The notes below the pieces were generated by a model. That model searched no databases. It saw nothing but the letters and a program-made list of their open reading frames with translations, and was not told where the DNA came from. A DNA stretch of 64,000 nucleotides from Vicinamibacterales bacterium (lineage in GTDB: Bacteria > Acidobacteriota > Vicinamibacteria > Vicinamibacterales > UBA8438), in NCBI GenBank assembly GCA_963663815.1, contig OY760734.1. The stretch is one strand, 5' to 3'. This document shows, one piece after another, positions 37,335-45,807 of the stretch (within the stretch, counting starts at the first letter, position 1; the number at the start of each line of letters is the position of its first letter). Position numbers and translations under genes: made by a program.

Positions 37335-37364
37335 ATCATAGCAGGGGCGGCGCTCCCGTGGCAA
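37335..37364 (-). promoter_or_regulatory. Candidate sigma70-type promoter of the atp (F0) operon
   Basis: On the minus strand: TTGCCA (37364-37359), an 18-nt spacer, then TATGAT (37340-37335), about 110 nt upstream of atpZ. Confidence 0.4.
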
Positions 37365-37524
37365 CAGACGCGGGTACGCCGCTCGCCGTGCCGCCGCGTG
37401 ACGCGCCGTGCCCCGCGACGGCCCTGGTGGCTCATGGCGACAGACCTCGGGTCGAGGGTGCTCGCTACGCCGATGTGGCCGGGGCCCGCGGTCGCGGTCG
37501 ACGCGGACAGCGAGCCAGCCTGAA

Positions 37525-39660
37525 TCAGTACGCGGCGGCGGCCGTAATCGCCCGCAGGATGTCGTCCGACTGCGGCAGGATCGCCTCTTCGAGAGCGGGG
37601 TGGTAGGCGACGGGGCAGTCGAGGGCGCCGACGCGCTTGACGGGCGCGTCGAGATGGTCGAAGAGCTCGTCGGCGATGCGCGCGGCCAGCTCGGCCCCGA
37701 ACCCGCACGTGAGCTGGTCCTCGTGGGCCACCACCACGCGGCTGGTGGCGGCTACCGCCGCCGCGATCGACGGCCAGTCGTAGGGCGCCAGCGTCCGGAG
37801 GTCGATCACTTGCACGCTGACGTCCTCCTGCCCCGCCCGCTCCGCCGCGAGCAGTGACCGCTGCACCAGCGAGCCCCACGTGATCACGACGACGTCGGTT
37901 CCCTCGCGCCGGACGCTCGCCCGGGCGAACGGGATCTGATGGTGCGGCCCGTGGTACGCGGCCTTGCTGTAGGTCTGGCGGTAGAGGTGCTTGGGCTCGA
38001 GGAACAGCACCGGGTCGTCGCAGCGCATGGCGGTCCTGAGCAGCCCCGCCGCGTCGGCCGCGTTCGACGGATAGGCGATGCGCAGGCCGGGGCAGTGCGC
38101 GAAGATGCTCTCGCCCGACTGGCTGTGGTACAGCGACCCGCCGCGGAGGTAGCCGCCGATCGGCGCCCGGATCACGAGGGGGCACGAGAACGCGTTGTTC
38201 GACCGGTACCGCAGCATCGTGAGCTCGTCGCGGATCTGCATCATCGCCGGCCAGATGTAGTCGAAGAACTGGATCTCGACCACCGGCTTGAGCCCGCGGA
38301 CGGCCATCCCGACGGCCCGGCCCACGATGTTGGCCTCGGCCAGCGGCGAGTTGAACACGCGCTCGCGCCCGAACTTCCGTTGCAGGCCCAGGGTGGCCTT
38401 GAACACCCCGCCCTTGCCCGGCACCGCGGACAGGACCTCGGCCCGGCTGCAGTCGGCCACGTCCTCCCCGAATACGACGATCCGGGGGTTGTGGGCCATC
38501 TCGTCCTCGAGGGTGCGGTTGATGGCCGTCACCATCGTTATCGGCTCGCCCTCGGGGGCGCCGGGCACGTCGAAGCGCCCGTCCGCCGGGTCCACGTCGG
38601 GCGAGTACACGTAGCGGAGCGCCGTGGCGGGGTCGGGCGGGGCGGCGGCCAACGCCTCGTCGGCCGCCGCCCGGATCTCGTCGTCCACGCCGGCCGCCAG
38701 CCGCGCCAGCTCGGCGTCGTCAGCGATCCGGCGGCCCGTCAGGAACGCGGCGAGCCGGGTGATGGGGTCGCGGGCCCGATCCGCCTCGCGCTCCGCCTCG
38801 CTCTTGTACTGGCCGTCGTCGTCCGATTCGGAATGCGAGTGCAGCCGCACCACGCCGGCCTTGACGAGGACCGGTCCGCGGCCGCCGCGCGCGTAGGCGA
38901 GGGCCCGCCGCATCGCCTCGACGCTCGCAAGGGCGTCGGTGCCGTCGACGCTGACGACCTCGAGCCCCGGGAAGCCCGACACGAGGCGCGCGACGTCGCC
39001 GCCCGGCGTCTGTATCTCGACCGGAACCGAGATGGCGTAGCCGTTGTCCTCGATCAGGTAGATCACCGGGAGCCGCCGCGTGCAGGCGGTGTTCAGCGAC
39101 TCCCAGAACTCGCCCTCGCTCGTGCCCCCCTCGCCGAGCGACACGTAGACGACGTCGCCCTCCGCGCCGGACCCGGCGTCGGCGGCGTCCGGGGACTGGA
39201 AATGGAACTGGCAGGCCTCGGCGCACCCGACGGCGTGGAGGCACTGGGTCGACACCGCGCTGGAGGGCGAGACGAGGTTCAGGGCCGGCTTGCTCCAGTG
39301 GGCGGGCATCTGGCGCCCCCCCGACGACGGATCGGCCGCGGCCCCGACCGCCGCCAGCAGCATCTCGTGGGCCGACATGCCCAGGGCCAGGGCCAGGGCC
39401 CGGTCGCGGTAGTAGGGGAAGAACCAGTCGCGGCCCGCCGTCAGCAGCGTGCCCGCCGCCACCTGGATCGCCTCGTGGCCCGCGCCGCTGATCTGGAAGA
39501 AGCTCTTGCTCTGCCGCTTGAGCTGCAGCTCCTTCTCGTCGAGGCGCCGCGCCATGAGCATCGTGCGGTAGAACCGCAGCAGCTCATCCCGCGACAGCCC
39601 GCCGTACAGCCGCTGCGTAGTCGCGGCAGGCGCGTTCCCCGAGCCCGTCGAGCGCTCCAT
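37525..39660 (-). CDS. Fused 2-oxoacid dehydrogenase E1 component (alpha + beta subunits, TPP-dependent)
   Basis: Start at MERSTGSG (ATG 39660) inside the 37525..40251 ORF, giving 711 aa. The N-terminal half looks like E1-alpha (YR.M...R..DE........[22 protein letters not shown]). The C-terminal half looks like E1-beta (V.GEDV....GGVF..T.GL...FG..RV.N.PL.E..I.G). Confidence 0.85.
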   Translation of the reverse strand: MERSTGSGNAPAATTQRLYGGLSRDELLRFYRTMLMARRLDEKELQLKRQSKSFFQISGAGHEAIQVAAGTLLTAGRDWFFPYYRDRALALALGMSAHEMLLAAVGAAADPSSGGRQMPAHWSKPALNLVSPSSAVSTQCLHAVGCAEACQFHFQSPDAADAGSGAEGDVVYVSLGEGGTSEGEFWESLNTACTRRLPVIYLIEDNGYAISVPVEIQTPGGDVARLVSGFPGLEVVSVDGTDALASVEAMRRALAYARGGRGPVLVKAGVVRLHSHSESDDDGQYKSEAEREADRARDPITRLAAFLTGRRIADDAELARLAAGVDDEIRAAADEALAAAPPDPATALRYVYSPDVDPADGRFDVPGAPEGEPITMVTAINRTLEDEMAHNPRIVVFGEDVADCSRAEVLSAVPGKGGVFKATLGLQRKFGRERVFNSPLAEANIVGRAVGMAVRGLKPVVEIQFFDYIWPAMMQIRDELTMLRYRSNNAFSCPLVIRAPIGGYLRGGSLYHSQSGESIFAHCPGLRIAYPSNAADAAGLLRTAMRCDDPVLFLEPKHLYRQTYSKAAYHGPHHQIPFARASVRREGTDVVVITWGSLVQRSLLAAERAGQEDVSVQVIDLRTLAPYDWPSIAAAVAATSRVVVAHEDQLTCGFGAELAARIADELFDHLDAPVKRVGALDCPVAYHPALEEAILPQSDDILRAITAAAAY

Positions 39661-39715
39661 GGTGCAGTCCTGCGTGCCAAAGGTGGGACCGACGGCTGGC
39701 CCGCATTGGCAATAG

Positions 39716-39724
39716 ATTATAGCA
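39716..39724 (-). promoter_or_regulatory. Candidate extended -10 promoter (TGCTATAAT) for the E1 gene
   Basis: The minus strand reads TGcTATAAT, a perfect -10 with a TGn extension, about 55 nt upstream of the E1 start codon. No recognisable -35. Confidence 0.4.
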
Positions 39725-39774
39725 TCGCGGCGGCGACCCGGGAGCGGCCCCGGGCGCCCGCGTGAGCCAGGGCG

Positions 39775-40140
39775 ATGAGAGACGAGACTGCGGGGACGGT
39801 GACGGCGTGGGACGATCTGGAGCTCGAGAAGGTCACGGCGCTCATCTCGCGGAAGCGGGTCGACGGCGCCCGCCAGACGCTGGCCCAGGTGTACCTGAAG
39901 CGCGGGGCGCTCGTGCCGCTCCACGCCCACGAGGGCGAGCAGATGATCTACGTGCTCGACGGGTTGCTGAGGCTGCGGGTGGCGGGCGAGGACGTCATCG
40001 TGCGCGACGGCGAGGTGGTGCGCGTCTCCCCGGAGGCCCCGCGCCAGATCGAGGCCCTCGCCGACACCTTCGCGCTGGCCGTCCGAGGCGAGACCCCGCC
40101 CCGTGCGGGGGGCGGCGAGGGCGCCGGCCGGAGACGCTGA
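39775..40140 (+). CDS. Cupin-domain protein
   Basis: 121 aa: G...P.H.H..EQ..YVL.G.L......E...V..GEV...P pattern of the two cupin motifs. Confidence 0.7.
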   Translation: MRDETAGTVTAWDDLELEKVTALISRKRVDGARQTLAQVYLKRGALVPLHAHEGEQMIYVLDGLLRLRVAGEDVIVRDGEVVRVSPEAPRQIEALADTFALAVRGETPPRAGGGEGAGRRR

Positions 40141-40314
40141 CGGAAACCGCCTCCCCGGGGGGCCAAGGGCGCGAGAACGCAGGAGACAGGCTGCACCCGC
40201 GGGCCGTCGGCAACCTGCCGATACGCTCGCCATCCCCCCCGGGGACGCCAAGGGTCGAGGGGCGCCGGGCCGCGGCCCGGGCCGTGAGGAGGCGCACGGC
40301 CGGCGAGCCGGCCG

Positions 40315-41091
40315 TCAGTGGATCGTGCCGTCCCAGTCGTCGCGGCCCGGCAGGACGCGGAACTTGCGGCGCAGGCGGCCCATCTTCCACTGCAGATAGC
40401 GGTACTTGATCTCCGCCCGCACCCCGAACCGGCCGAGCCGGGGCAGGCCGATGCCCCGGCCCCGCTTGAGGTACAGGTAGCCGACGACGAGCCCGGCGAG
40501 GTGGGCGACGTGGGCGACGCCCTCGCCGCGGGGCACCGACAGGAACGCGATGGCCCCGATGATCATCACGAAGTACCGGGCCGGGACGGGGAACACGAAG
40601 AACACCAGTATCGGCGCGTTCGGATAGTAGACGGCGAACGCCATCAGCAGCCCGTAGATGGCCCCGGAGGCGCCGATGGTCACCCCGTACCAGGTCGGTC
40701 CGGCGAACGCGAACGGCAGCAGTCCGGCCACGATGGTCGCGACGCCGGCCCCGACGCCGGTGACGAGGTAGAAGCGCAGGAAGTACCCGGGCCCCCACAG
40801 GCGTTCGAGCTGCACCCCGAACATCCACAGGACCAGCATGTTGAAGAAGACGTGGCCGATGCTCCCGTGCAGGAACATGTAGGTGGCCGGCTGCCAGAAC
40901 CGCAGCCCCGACACCACCGCCTGCGGGCGCAGCCCGAACGCCTCGATGAGGAGGCCGCCCAGCGGCGGGATCAGCGAGCCGGCCACGAAGACGCCGACGT
41001 TGGCCCAGAGCAGCATCTTCACGGCCGGGGTCATCGGACCCGGGCCGAACGACATTCCGGGCGGCCCCTGTTGGTAGTAGGCGCGGCGCAT
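40315..41091 (-). CDS. Rhomboid-family intramembrane serine protease
   Basis: Start at MRRAYYQQG (ATG 41091). FLHGSIGHVFFNM, catalytic GASGAIYG and HLAGLVVG are present. The longer ORF-track version runs through repeats. Confidence 0.88.
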   Translation of the reverse strand: MRRAYYQQGPPGMSFGPGPMTPAVKMLLWANVGVFVAGSLIPPLGGLLIEAFGLRPQAVVSGLRFWQPATYMFLHGSIGHVFFNMLVLWMFGVQLERLWGPGYFLRFYLVTGVGAGVATIVAGLLPFAFAGPTWYGVTIGASGAIYGLLMAFAVYYPNAPILVFFVFPVPARYFVMIIGAIAFLSVPRGEGVAHVAHLAGLVVGYLYLKRGRGIGLPRLGRFGVRAEIKYRYLQWKMGRLRRKFRVLPGRDDWDGTIH

Positions 41092-41229
41092 CTCCAGGCC
41101 ATCGTACCACGGCCGTCGGAAGCTCGCCGGGGCGAACGCCCGCCAGTCGTCGCCTGCGCTCCGCTCGCGCCCGGCCAACCCTGCAGTCGTCCACGCCGTC
41201 CTGCGGCGCGGCCTCCTGGCCGGCCAGTC

Positions 41230-41292
41230 GTCGCCGGGCGACCTTGCGGTCGCCGGGCGACCTTGCGGTCGCCGGGCGACCTTGCGGTCGCC
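41230..41292. repeat. 19-bp tandem repeat x3.3, each unit containing a GGTCGCC-G-GGCGACC palindrome
   Basis: GTCGCCGGGCGACCTTGCG at 41230, 41249 and 41268, plus a partial unit. Located in the intergenic region between murJ and the rhomboid gene. Confidence 0.9.
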
Positions 41293-41295
41293 TTG

Positions 41296-41319
41296 GAAGT
41301 TTCGCTGGCGCGAAACTTC
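41296..41319 (-). terminator. Perfect 10-bp hairpin downstream of murJ (possible U-tract-less terminator)
   Basis: GAAGTTTCGC-TGGC-GCGAAACTTC, about 50 nt after the murJ stop. There is no T-run, so terminator function is a guess. Confidence 0.3.
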
Positions 41320-41334
41320 TGCGCCGCGAGGATG

Positions 41335-41376
41335 GCCGCCCAACAAGTCCTGCCGGGAGTCCGCGCCGTTCTACGG
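41335..41376 (-). repeat. Family-1 repeat, truncated/diverged copy
   Basis: GCCGCCCAACAAGTCCTGCCGGGAGTCCGCGCCGTTCTACGG aligns with the ...GCGCCCAACCAACCCTGCCAGGAGTCTGCACCGTTCTACGG part of the full copies. The murJ TAG stop lies in its loop. Confidence 0.6.
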
Positions 41377-43059
41377 CTCCCCTCGCCCTCCGTCCTCGGC
41401 CGACGAGGGCCGCCCCGCGCCCGGCCGGCCCAGGATCTGCGCGCGGACCTCGTCGAGCTCGGCGATGCCGAGGAGCCGGGCGGCGGCGGTCAGCACCACC
41501 AGGCCCAGCATGATCTCGCCGCCGAGGACGAGCGCCTCGATCAAGAGGCCGCCCTCCGCCGCCAGGTTCCCGGCCATGCCCTCGGCCGCGGCGACCGCCG
41601 CGCCCATGATCCCGGCCGCGAGGCAGGTCCGCGCCAGGCGGTCCGCGAGGCGGCGGGCGTCGATGCCCCCGAGCCGGTGGTGCAGCAGCACGAGCAGGAC
41701 GCCCGCGTTGAGCCAGGACGCGAGGGACGTGCCCAGCGCGAGACCGGGATACCCCATGACCCGCACGAGGGCGAGGTTCAGCCCGACGTTGACCGCGACG
41801 GTGGCGACGCCGACCCCGGCCGGGGTCAGGCTGTTGCCGAAGGCGTAGAACACCGGGGCGGTCAGCCGCACCGCCGCGTAGCCGACGATGCCCGGGGCAT
41901 AGAACACCAGGGCTCGCGCGGTCGCGGGAGTGTCGGCGGCGGTGAACTCGCCGTGCTCGAAGACGAGCCGAACGACGGGGGTCGCGAGGACCGCGAGGCC
42001 CACCGCCGCCGGCACCATCACCGCGAGCATGAGGCGCAACCCGCGGAAAACGGCGTTCCGCACCGCCGCGAGGTCGCCGGCCGCGGCGTGGCGGGACACC
42101 GCGGGCAGCGTCACGGTGGCTATCGACACGCCGAACACGCCCAGCGGGAGGTACATCAGGCGGAACGCCATCGTAAGCCAGGTGACGGCGCCGGTGCCCT
42201 CGCCGGTGGCGAGGTGGGTGTTGACGAGCAGGTTCACCTGCAGCGCCGCCCCCGCCACCGTCGCCGGCCCCATCAGCCCCGCGACCTCGCGCAGAGTCCG
42301 GTCGGCCGGATCCAGGGCGGGCCGCCAGCGGAACCCCTCGCGGCGCAGCGCCCACCACTGCGCCGCGATCTGCCCCGCCCCGCCGAGCAGCACCGCGGCC
42401 GCGACCGCCGCGATGGGGTCGACGCCGCCCTCGGGCATCAGGGGCACGACGACGAGGGTGCCCGCGATGAGGCAGACGTTGTAGGCGGCAGGCGACAGCG
42501 CGGGGACGAAGAACCGCCGCAGCGAGTTGAGCATGCCCATGCAGGCGGCGGCGATCGCCACCAGGGTGAAGAACGGCAGCACGATGCGGGTCAGCTGCAC
42601 GGTCAGCTCGAACTTGCCGGGGACTTCCTGGTAGCCGGCGGCGAACAGGCGGGTCAGGGGCTCGGCGAAGACGATGCCGGCCACCACGATGCCGCCGGTG
42701 ATGACCGCGAGGGCGTTGATGAGCTGGACCCCCAGCCGCCACGCCGCGTCGCGGCCCCCGCGGGTCAGGCGCCGCGTGAAGACGGGCACGAAGGCGGCGT
42801 TCATCGCTCCTTCCGCGAAGAGCTCGCGCAGCAGGTTGGGAATGCGCAGGGCTACGAGGAAGGCGTCCATCCGGTCGCCCGCCCCGAAGCGGTAGGCGAG
42901 GGCCTGGTCCCGCACCAGTCCCAGCACCCGGCTCGTCATGGTGGCGAGGCTCACGATGCCGGCCGAGCGGGTGAGGCCGTCGCGCGTGGAGTTGGGGGGC
43001 GTCATCGTCGGGGACGCGTCGAGGCGCCGCGCCTCGCGGGCCTCGGCGCTGCGCGCCAT
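41371..43059 (-). CDS. murJ: Lipid II flippase MurJ
   Basis: Start ATG 43059 (GGGAG 12 nt upstream; ATG 43005 is an alternative). SAGIVSLATMTSRVLGLVRDQ..A..FGAG...DAF..A.R.PN.LR.LFAEGA and about 14 TM segments. Confidence 0.88.
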   Translation of the reverse strand: MARSAEAREARRLDASPTMTPPNSTRDGLTRSAGIVSLATMTSRVLGLVRDQALAYRFGAGDRMDAFLVALRIPNLLRELFAEGAMNAAFVPVFTRRLTRGGRDAAWRLGVQLINALAVITGGIVVAGIVFAEPLTRLFAAGYQEVPGKFELTVQLTRIVLPFFTLVAIAAACMGMLNSLRRFFVPALSPAAYNVCLIAGTLVVVPLMPEGGVDPIAAVAAAVLLGGAGQIAAQWWALRREGFRWRPALDPADRTLREVAGLMGPATVAGAALQVNLLVNTHLATGEGTGAVTWLTMAFRLMYLPLGVFGVSIATVTLPAVSRHAAAGDLAAVRNAVFRGLRLMLAVMVPAAVGLAVLATPVVRLVFEHGEFTAADTPATARALVFYAPGIVGYAAVRLTAPVFYAFGNSLTPAGVGVATVAVNVGLNLALVRVMGYPGLALGTSLASWLNAGVLLVLLHHRLGGIDARRLADRLARTCLAAGIMGAAVAAAEGMAGNLAAEGGLLIEALVLGGEIMLGLVVLTAAARLLGIAELDEVRAQILGRPGAGRPSSAEDGGRGEP

Positions 43060-43087
43060 CGCGTCAGGGGGCTCCCGGCGGGGCTCA

Positions 43088-43247
43088 ACAGCCCGTGGTG
43101 GAAGTCCCCGCTGCATTCGAGCGACGATGCATCCCGCCTGACTGCGTTGTTCGTCGGTTGCATATGCCCAATATGCGCCCTCCTCACGCCTTGTCAGCCG
43201 GGCGCCTCGCCGCTCTCGGTGCAACGCGGGGTTCCACCACGGGCTGT
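43088..43247 (-). repeat. Family-2 ~160-nt rod-like inverted-repeat element, copy a
   Basis: Terminal 16-bp inverted repeat ACAGCCCGTGGTGGAA / TTCCACCACGGGCTGT. The interior pairs almost continuously and has an apical GCATAT-n5-ATATGC hairpin. It fills the ychF-murJ spacer. The strand is assigned from G-U versus A-C asymmetry. Confidence 0.85.
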
Positions 43248-44329
43248 CACGTGGCGAACCGGAAGTTGATGACGTCGCCGTCGCGGACCACGTAGTCCTT
43301 GCCCTCCAGCCGCACCTCTCCGTGCTCGCGGCAGGCGGCGTGCGAGCCCTCGCGGGCGGTCAGGGCGTCGTAGTGGACGACCTCGGCGCGGATGAACCCG
43401 CGGGCGATGTCGCTGTGAATCTCGCCGGCCGCCTCTTGCGCGGGGGTGCCGCGCGGGATCGACCAGGCCCGGCACTCGTCCTTGCCCACCGTGAAGAACG
43501 AGATGTACCCCAGCAGCCGGTAGCTCGCCCGGATCACCCGGTCGAGCCCCGAGTCGGCGAGGCCGAGGTCGGCGAGGAAGGCGGCCCGGTCGCCGGCCGG
43601 CAGCTCCGCTATCTCCAGCTCGATCTTCGCGCAGGCCGGGACCGTCTCGATGCCGCTGCCGGACAGGGCGCCGGCGAGGCCGGCCCGCTCGACGGCCCCC
43701 TCCGGGTCCGCCACGTCCGCCTCGTCGAGGTTGAGCACGACGAGCAGCGGCTTGGCCGAGAGGAAGCTGAAGCCCCGCAGCCGCCTGGCGTCGGCCGCGT
43801 CGAGGTCGAGGGCGCGCAGCGGCCGGCCGTCCTCGAGGGCGGCCCGGCACCGCTCGATCAGCCGCAGCTCCTCCTCCAGCTCGCGGCTCCGGCCCTTCTT
43901 CATGTCCTGGCCGATCTTCTCGCGCCGCCGCTCGGCCACCCCCAGGTCGGCCAGGATCAGCTCGTCCTCCATCTGCCGCGCGTCCCGCGCGGGGTCGAGG
44001 CCGCCGGCCGCGTGGGGGACGCGCTCGTCCGAGAACATCCGCAGCACGTGGAGCAGCGCGTCGGCGGTGCGGAAGCCCGACACGTCGAGCATCGCCGCGG
44101 CCGAGCCGTGGCCGGCGAGCTCGCTCACCTCGACCGTGGCCGGCACCCGCCGGCGCGGGTCGAAGAGGGCCGTCAACCGATCGAGCCGCGGGTCCGGCAC
44201 CTGCGCGACGCCGACCTGCGCCGCCTGCCGGCGCGGCGCCGCCGCCGGCTCGCCGGACGTTTGCGTCAGCAGTCGGAACAGGGTGGTCTTCCCGGTCGAC
44301 GGCAGCCCGATGAGCCCGGCCCGCAGCAT
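43247..44329 (-). CDS. ychF: Redox-regulated ATPase YchF
   Basis: Start at MLRAGLIGLPSTGKTTLF (P-loop; ATG 44329). TGS-like C-terminus: RAW.I..G..A..AAG.IHSD...GFIRAEV. and V.DGD...F.F. Confidence 0.9.
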   Translation of the reverse strand: MLRAGLIGLPSTGKTTLFRLLTQTSGEPAAAPRRQAAQVGVAQVPDPRLDRLTALFDPRRRVPATVEVSELAGHGSAAAMLDVSGFRTADALLHVLRMFSDERVPHAAGGLDPARDARQMEDELILADLGVAERRREKIGQDMKKGRSRELEEELRLIERCRAALEDGRPLRALDLDAADARRLRGFSFLSAKPLLVVLNLDEADVADPEGAVERAGLAGALSGSGIETVPACAKIELEIAELPAGDRAAFLADLGLADSGLDRVIRASYRLLGYISFFTVGKDECRAWSIPRGTPAQEAAGEIHSDIARGFIRAEVVHYDALTAREGSHAACREHGEVRLEGKDYVVRDGDVINFRFAT

Positions 44330-44401
44330 GATGTGCGTCGTCCTTCCCGTGCGCGGCAAAATACGAAAATAAAGCGTAAGTTCTAGATTTCACGTCACTT
44401 G

Positions 44402-44430
44402 TTGACACCGGTGGTGGTCGGTTCTATAGT
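44402..44430 (+). promoter_or_regulatory. Pmra-type sigma70 promoter of the dcw cluster
   Basis: TTGACA (44402-44407), a 17-nt spacer, then TATAGT (44425-44430). This near-consensus promoter sits in an AT-enriched divergent ychF/mraZ spacer. Confidence 0.6.
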
Positions 44431-44435
44431 GTGAG

Positions 44436-44460
44436 TGGACTTTATTGGACCTCAGTGGAG
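44436..44460 (+). promoter_or_regulatory. Three direct TGGAC/TGGAC/TGGAG repeats at 10-bp spacing (candidate MraZ operator)
   Basis: TGGAC at 44436, TGGAC at 44446 and TGGAG at 44456, immediately downstream of the -10 box. The layout matches the known MraZ operator in E. coli, which has three TGGGN repeats with a 10-bp period. Confidence 0.45.
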
Positions 44461-44467
44461 CATAGTG

Positions 44468-44914
44468 GTGCTTCGGGGGAACTACTCAGTCAAGATCGAC
44501 GAGAAGGGGCGGCTGAAGATCCCCGCCCTGTTCCGGACCGCCATGCAGGACCGGTACGGCACCCAGGTGTACGTGACCTCTCGCAAGGACAAGGGCGTGG
44601 TCGTCAACATCTATCCGATGCCGGTGTGGGAGGAGATGGAGCGCAAGCTGGCGACGCTGCCGCCGTCGCTGCCCGAGCTCGCCCGCTACGTCGACCTCGT
44701 CAACTACTACGGCCAGCCCGGCGAGATCGACAAGCAGGGCCGGGTGTCCATCCACCCCCTGCTGCGCGAGTCGGCGGCGATGGCCGGCGACGTGGACGTC
44801 CTCGGGCAGCTCGACCATCTCGACGTGTGGAATCACGAGCGGTTCTCGACCCGCATGGCGAACGAGCCGTTCACGGACGCCGACGCCCGGAAGCTGTCGG
44901 AGTTTGGCATCTGA
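44468..44914 (+). CDS. mraZ: Transcriptional regulator MraZ
   Basis: Two DxxxR-type repeats (DEKGRLKIP and DKQGRVSIH). Start moved to GTG 44468 (GGAG 7 nt upstream), because the ORF-track start at 44435 lies at the predicted transcription start. Confidence 0.85.
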   Translation: MLRGNYSVKIDEKGRLKIPALFRTAMQDRYGTQVYVTSRKDKGVVVNIYPMPVWEEMERKLATLPPSLPELARYVDLVNYYGQPGEIDKQGRVSIHPLLRESAAMAGDVDVLGQLDHLDVWNHERFSTRMANEPFTDADARKLSEFGI

Positions 44915-45807
44915 TGCCCGAGATCCTACACGAGCCGGTGCTGCGGGCCGAGACGGTAGAGCTCCTCGATCCGGCGGGCCGGGGCCTCGTCGTCGACTGC
45001 ACGGTGGGGACCGGCGGACACGCGGCGGCCCTGCTCGAGGCGGGGGCGGCCCGCGTCCTCGGGTTCGATCGCGATGCCGACGTGCTCCCGCTTGCCCGCC
45101 GCCGCCTCGCCGCCTGGAAGGACCGCGTGAACCTCGTGCACGCCGACTACCGCAGCCTCGACGACGTGCTCGACCGGCTGGGCGTCGAGCGGGTCGACGG
45201 GGCCCTCGCCGACCTCGGGTGCTCCTCGCTGCAGCTCGAGACCGAGGGGCGGGGGTTCAGCTTCCGCCGCGACGACCCCCTGGACATGCGCATGGACCGG
45301 ACGGGGGGGCGGACCCTCGCCGATCTCCTCGCGGAGGCGACGCCCGAGGGGCTGGCCGACGTGATCTACGAGTACGGCGAGGAGCGCCGTTCGCGGCGCA
45401 TCGCCCGCGCCATCGTCGCCGCGTGGACGGGGGCCGGCATCAGGACGACGGCCGAGCTCGCCGCCGTCGTCCGCCGGGCTGCGCGGTACCCCTTCCGGTC
45501 CCGCATCGACCCCGCGACCCGCACGTTCCAGGCGCTGCGCATCTGGGTCAACCGCGAGCTCGACGGGCTCGACGCGTTCCTGCGGTCGGCCGTCGGCCGC
45601 CTCGCCGAGGGCGCGCGCCTCGCCGTCATCAGCTTCCACTCGCTCGAGGACCGCATCGTCAAGCACACCCTGCGCGAGATCGAGCGCGGCGGCGAGCTCG
45701 CGCTGCGCATCCTGACCCGCAAGCCGGTGCGGCCGTCCGGCGACGAGGTGGCCCGCAACCCCCGCGCCCGCTCCGCCCGGCTGCGCGCGGCCTGGAGGGC
45801 GTCGTGA
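44914..45807 (+). CDS. rsmH: 16S rRNA (cytosine1402-N4)-methyltransferase
   Basis: ATG 44914 overlaps the mraZ TGA. HEPVL, SAM-binding DCTVGTGGH, and SFHSLEDR.VK are present. Confidence 0.92.
   Translation: MPEILHEPVLRAETVELLDPAGRGLVVDCTVGTGGHAAALLEAGAARVLGFDRDADVLPLARRRLAAWKDRVNLVHADYRSLDDVLDRLGVERVDGALADLGCSSLQLETEGRGFSFRRDDPLDMRMDRTGGRTLADLLAEATPEGLADVIYEYGEERRSRRIARAIVAAWTGAGIRTTAELAAVVRRAARYPFRSRIDPATRTFQALRIWVNRELDGLDAFLRSAVGRLAEGARLAVISFHSLEDRIVKHTLREIERGGELALRILTRKPVRPSGDEVARNPRARSARLRAAWRAS

Noticed and set aside
41230-41292. A CRISPR array; the tandem arrays at 7703 and 13512 were also considered.
   Set aside because: The repeats are directly adjacent with no unique spacers. The unit lengths and copy numbers do not fit, and no cas genes are present in the window.
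41092-41346. The N-terminal extension of the rhomboid ORF.
   Set aside because: It is translated from the 19-bp tandem repeat and hairpin region. The ATG at 41091 gives a normal rhomboid N-terminus.
43088-43247. The family-2 rod as the 6S RNA gene.
   Set aside because: The shape (a long rod, about 160 nt) is suggestive. However, it occurs in 2-3 copies, one copy tolerates an 85-bp insertion in an arm, and I cannot verify the 6S central-bubble features by eye. It is kept only as a minor alternative inside the finding.
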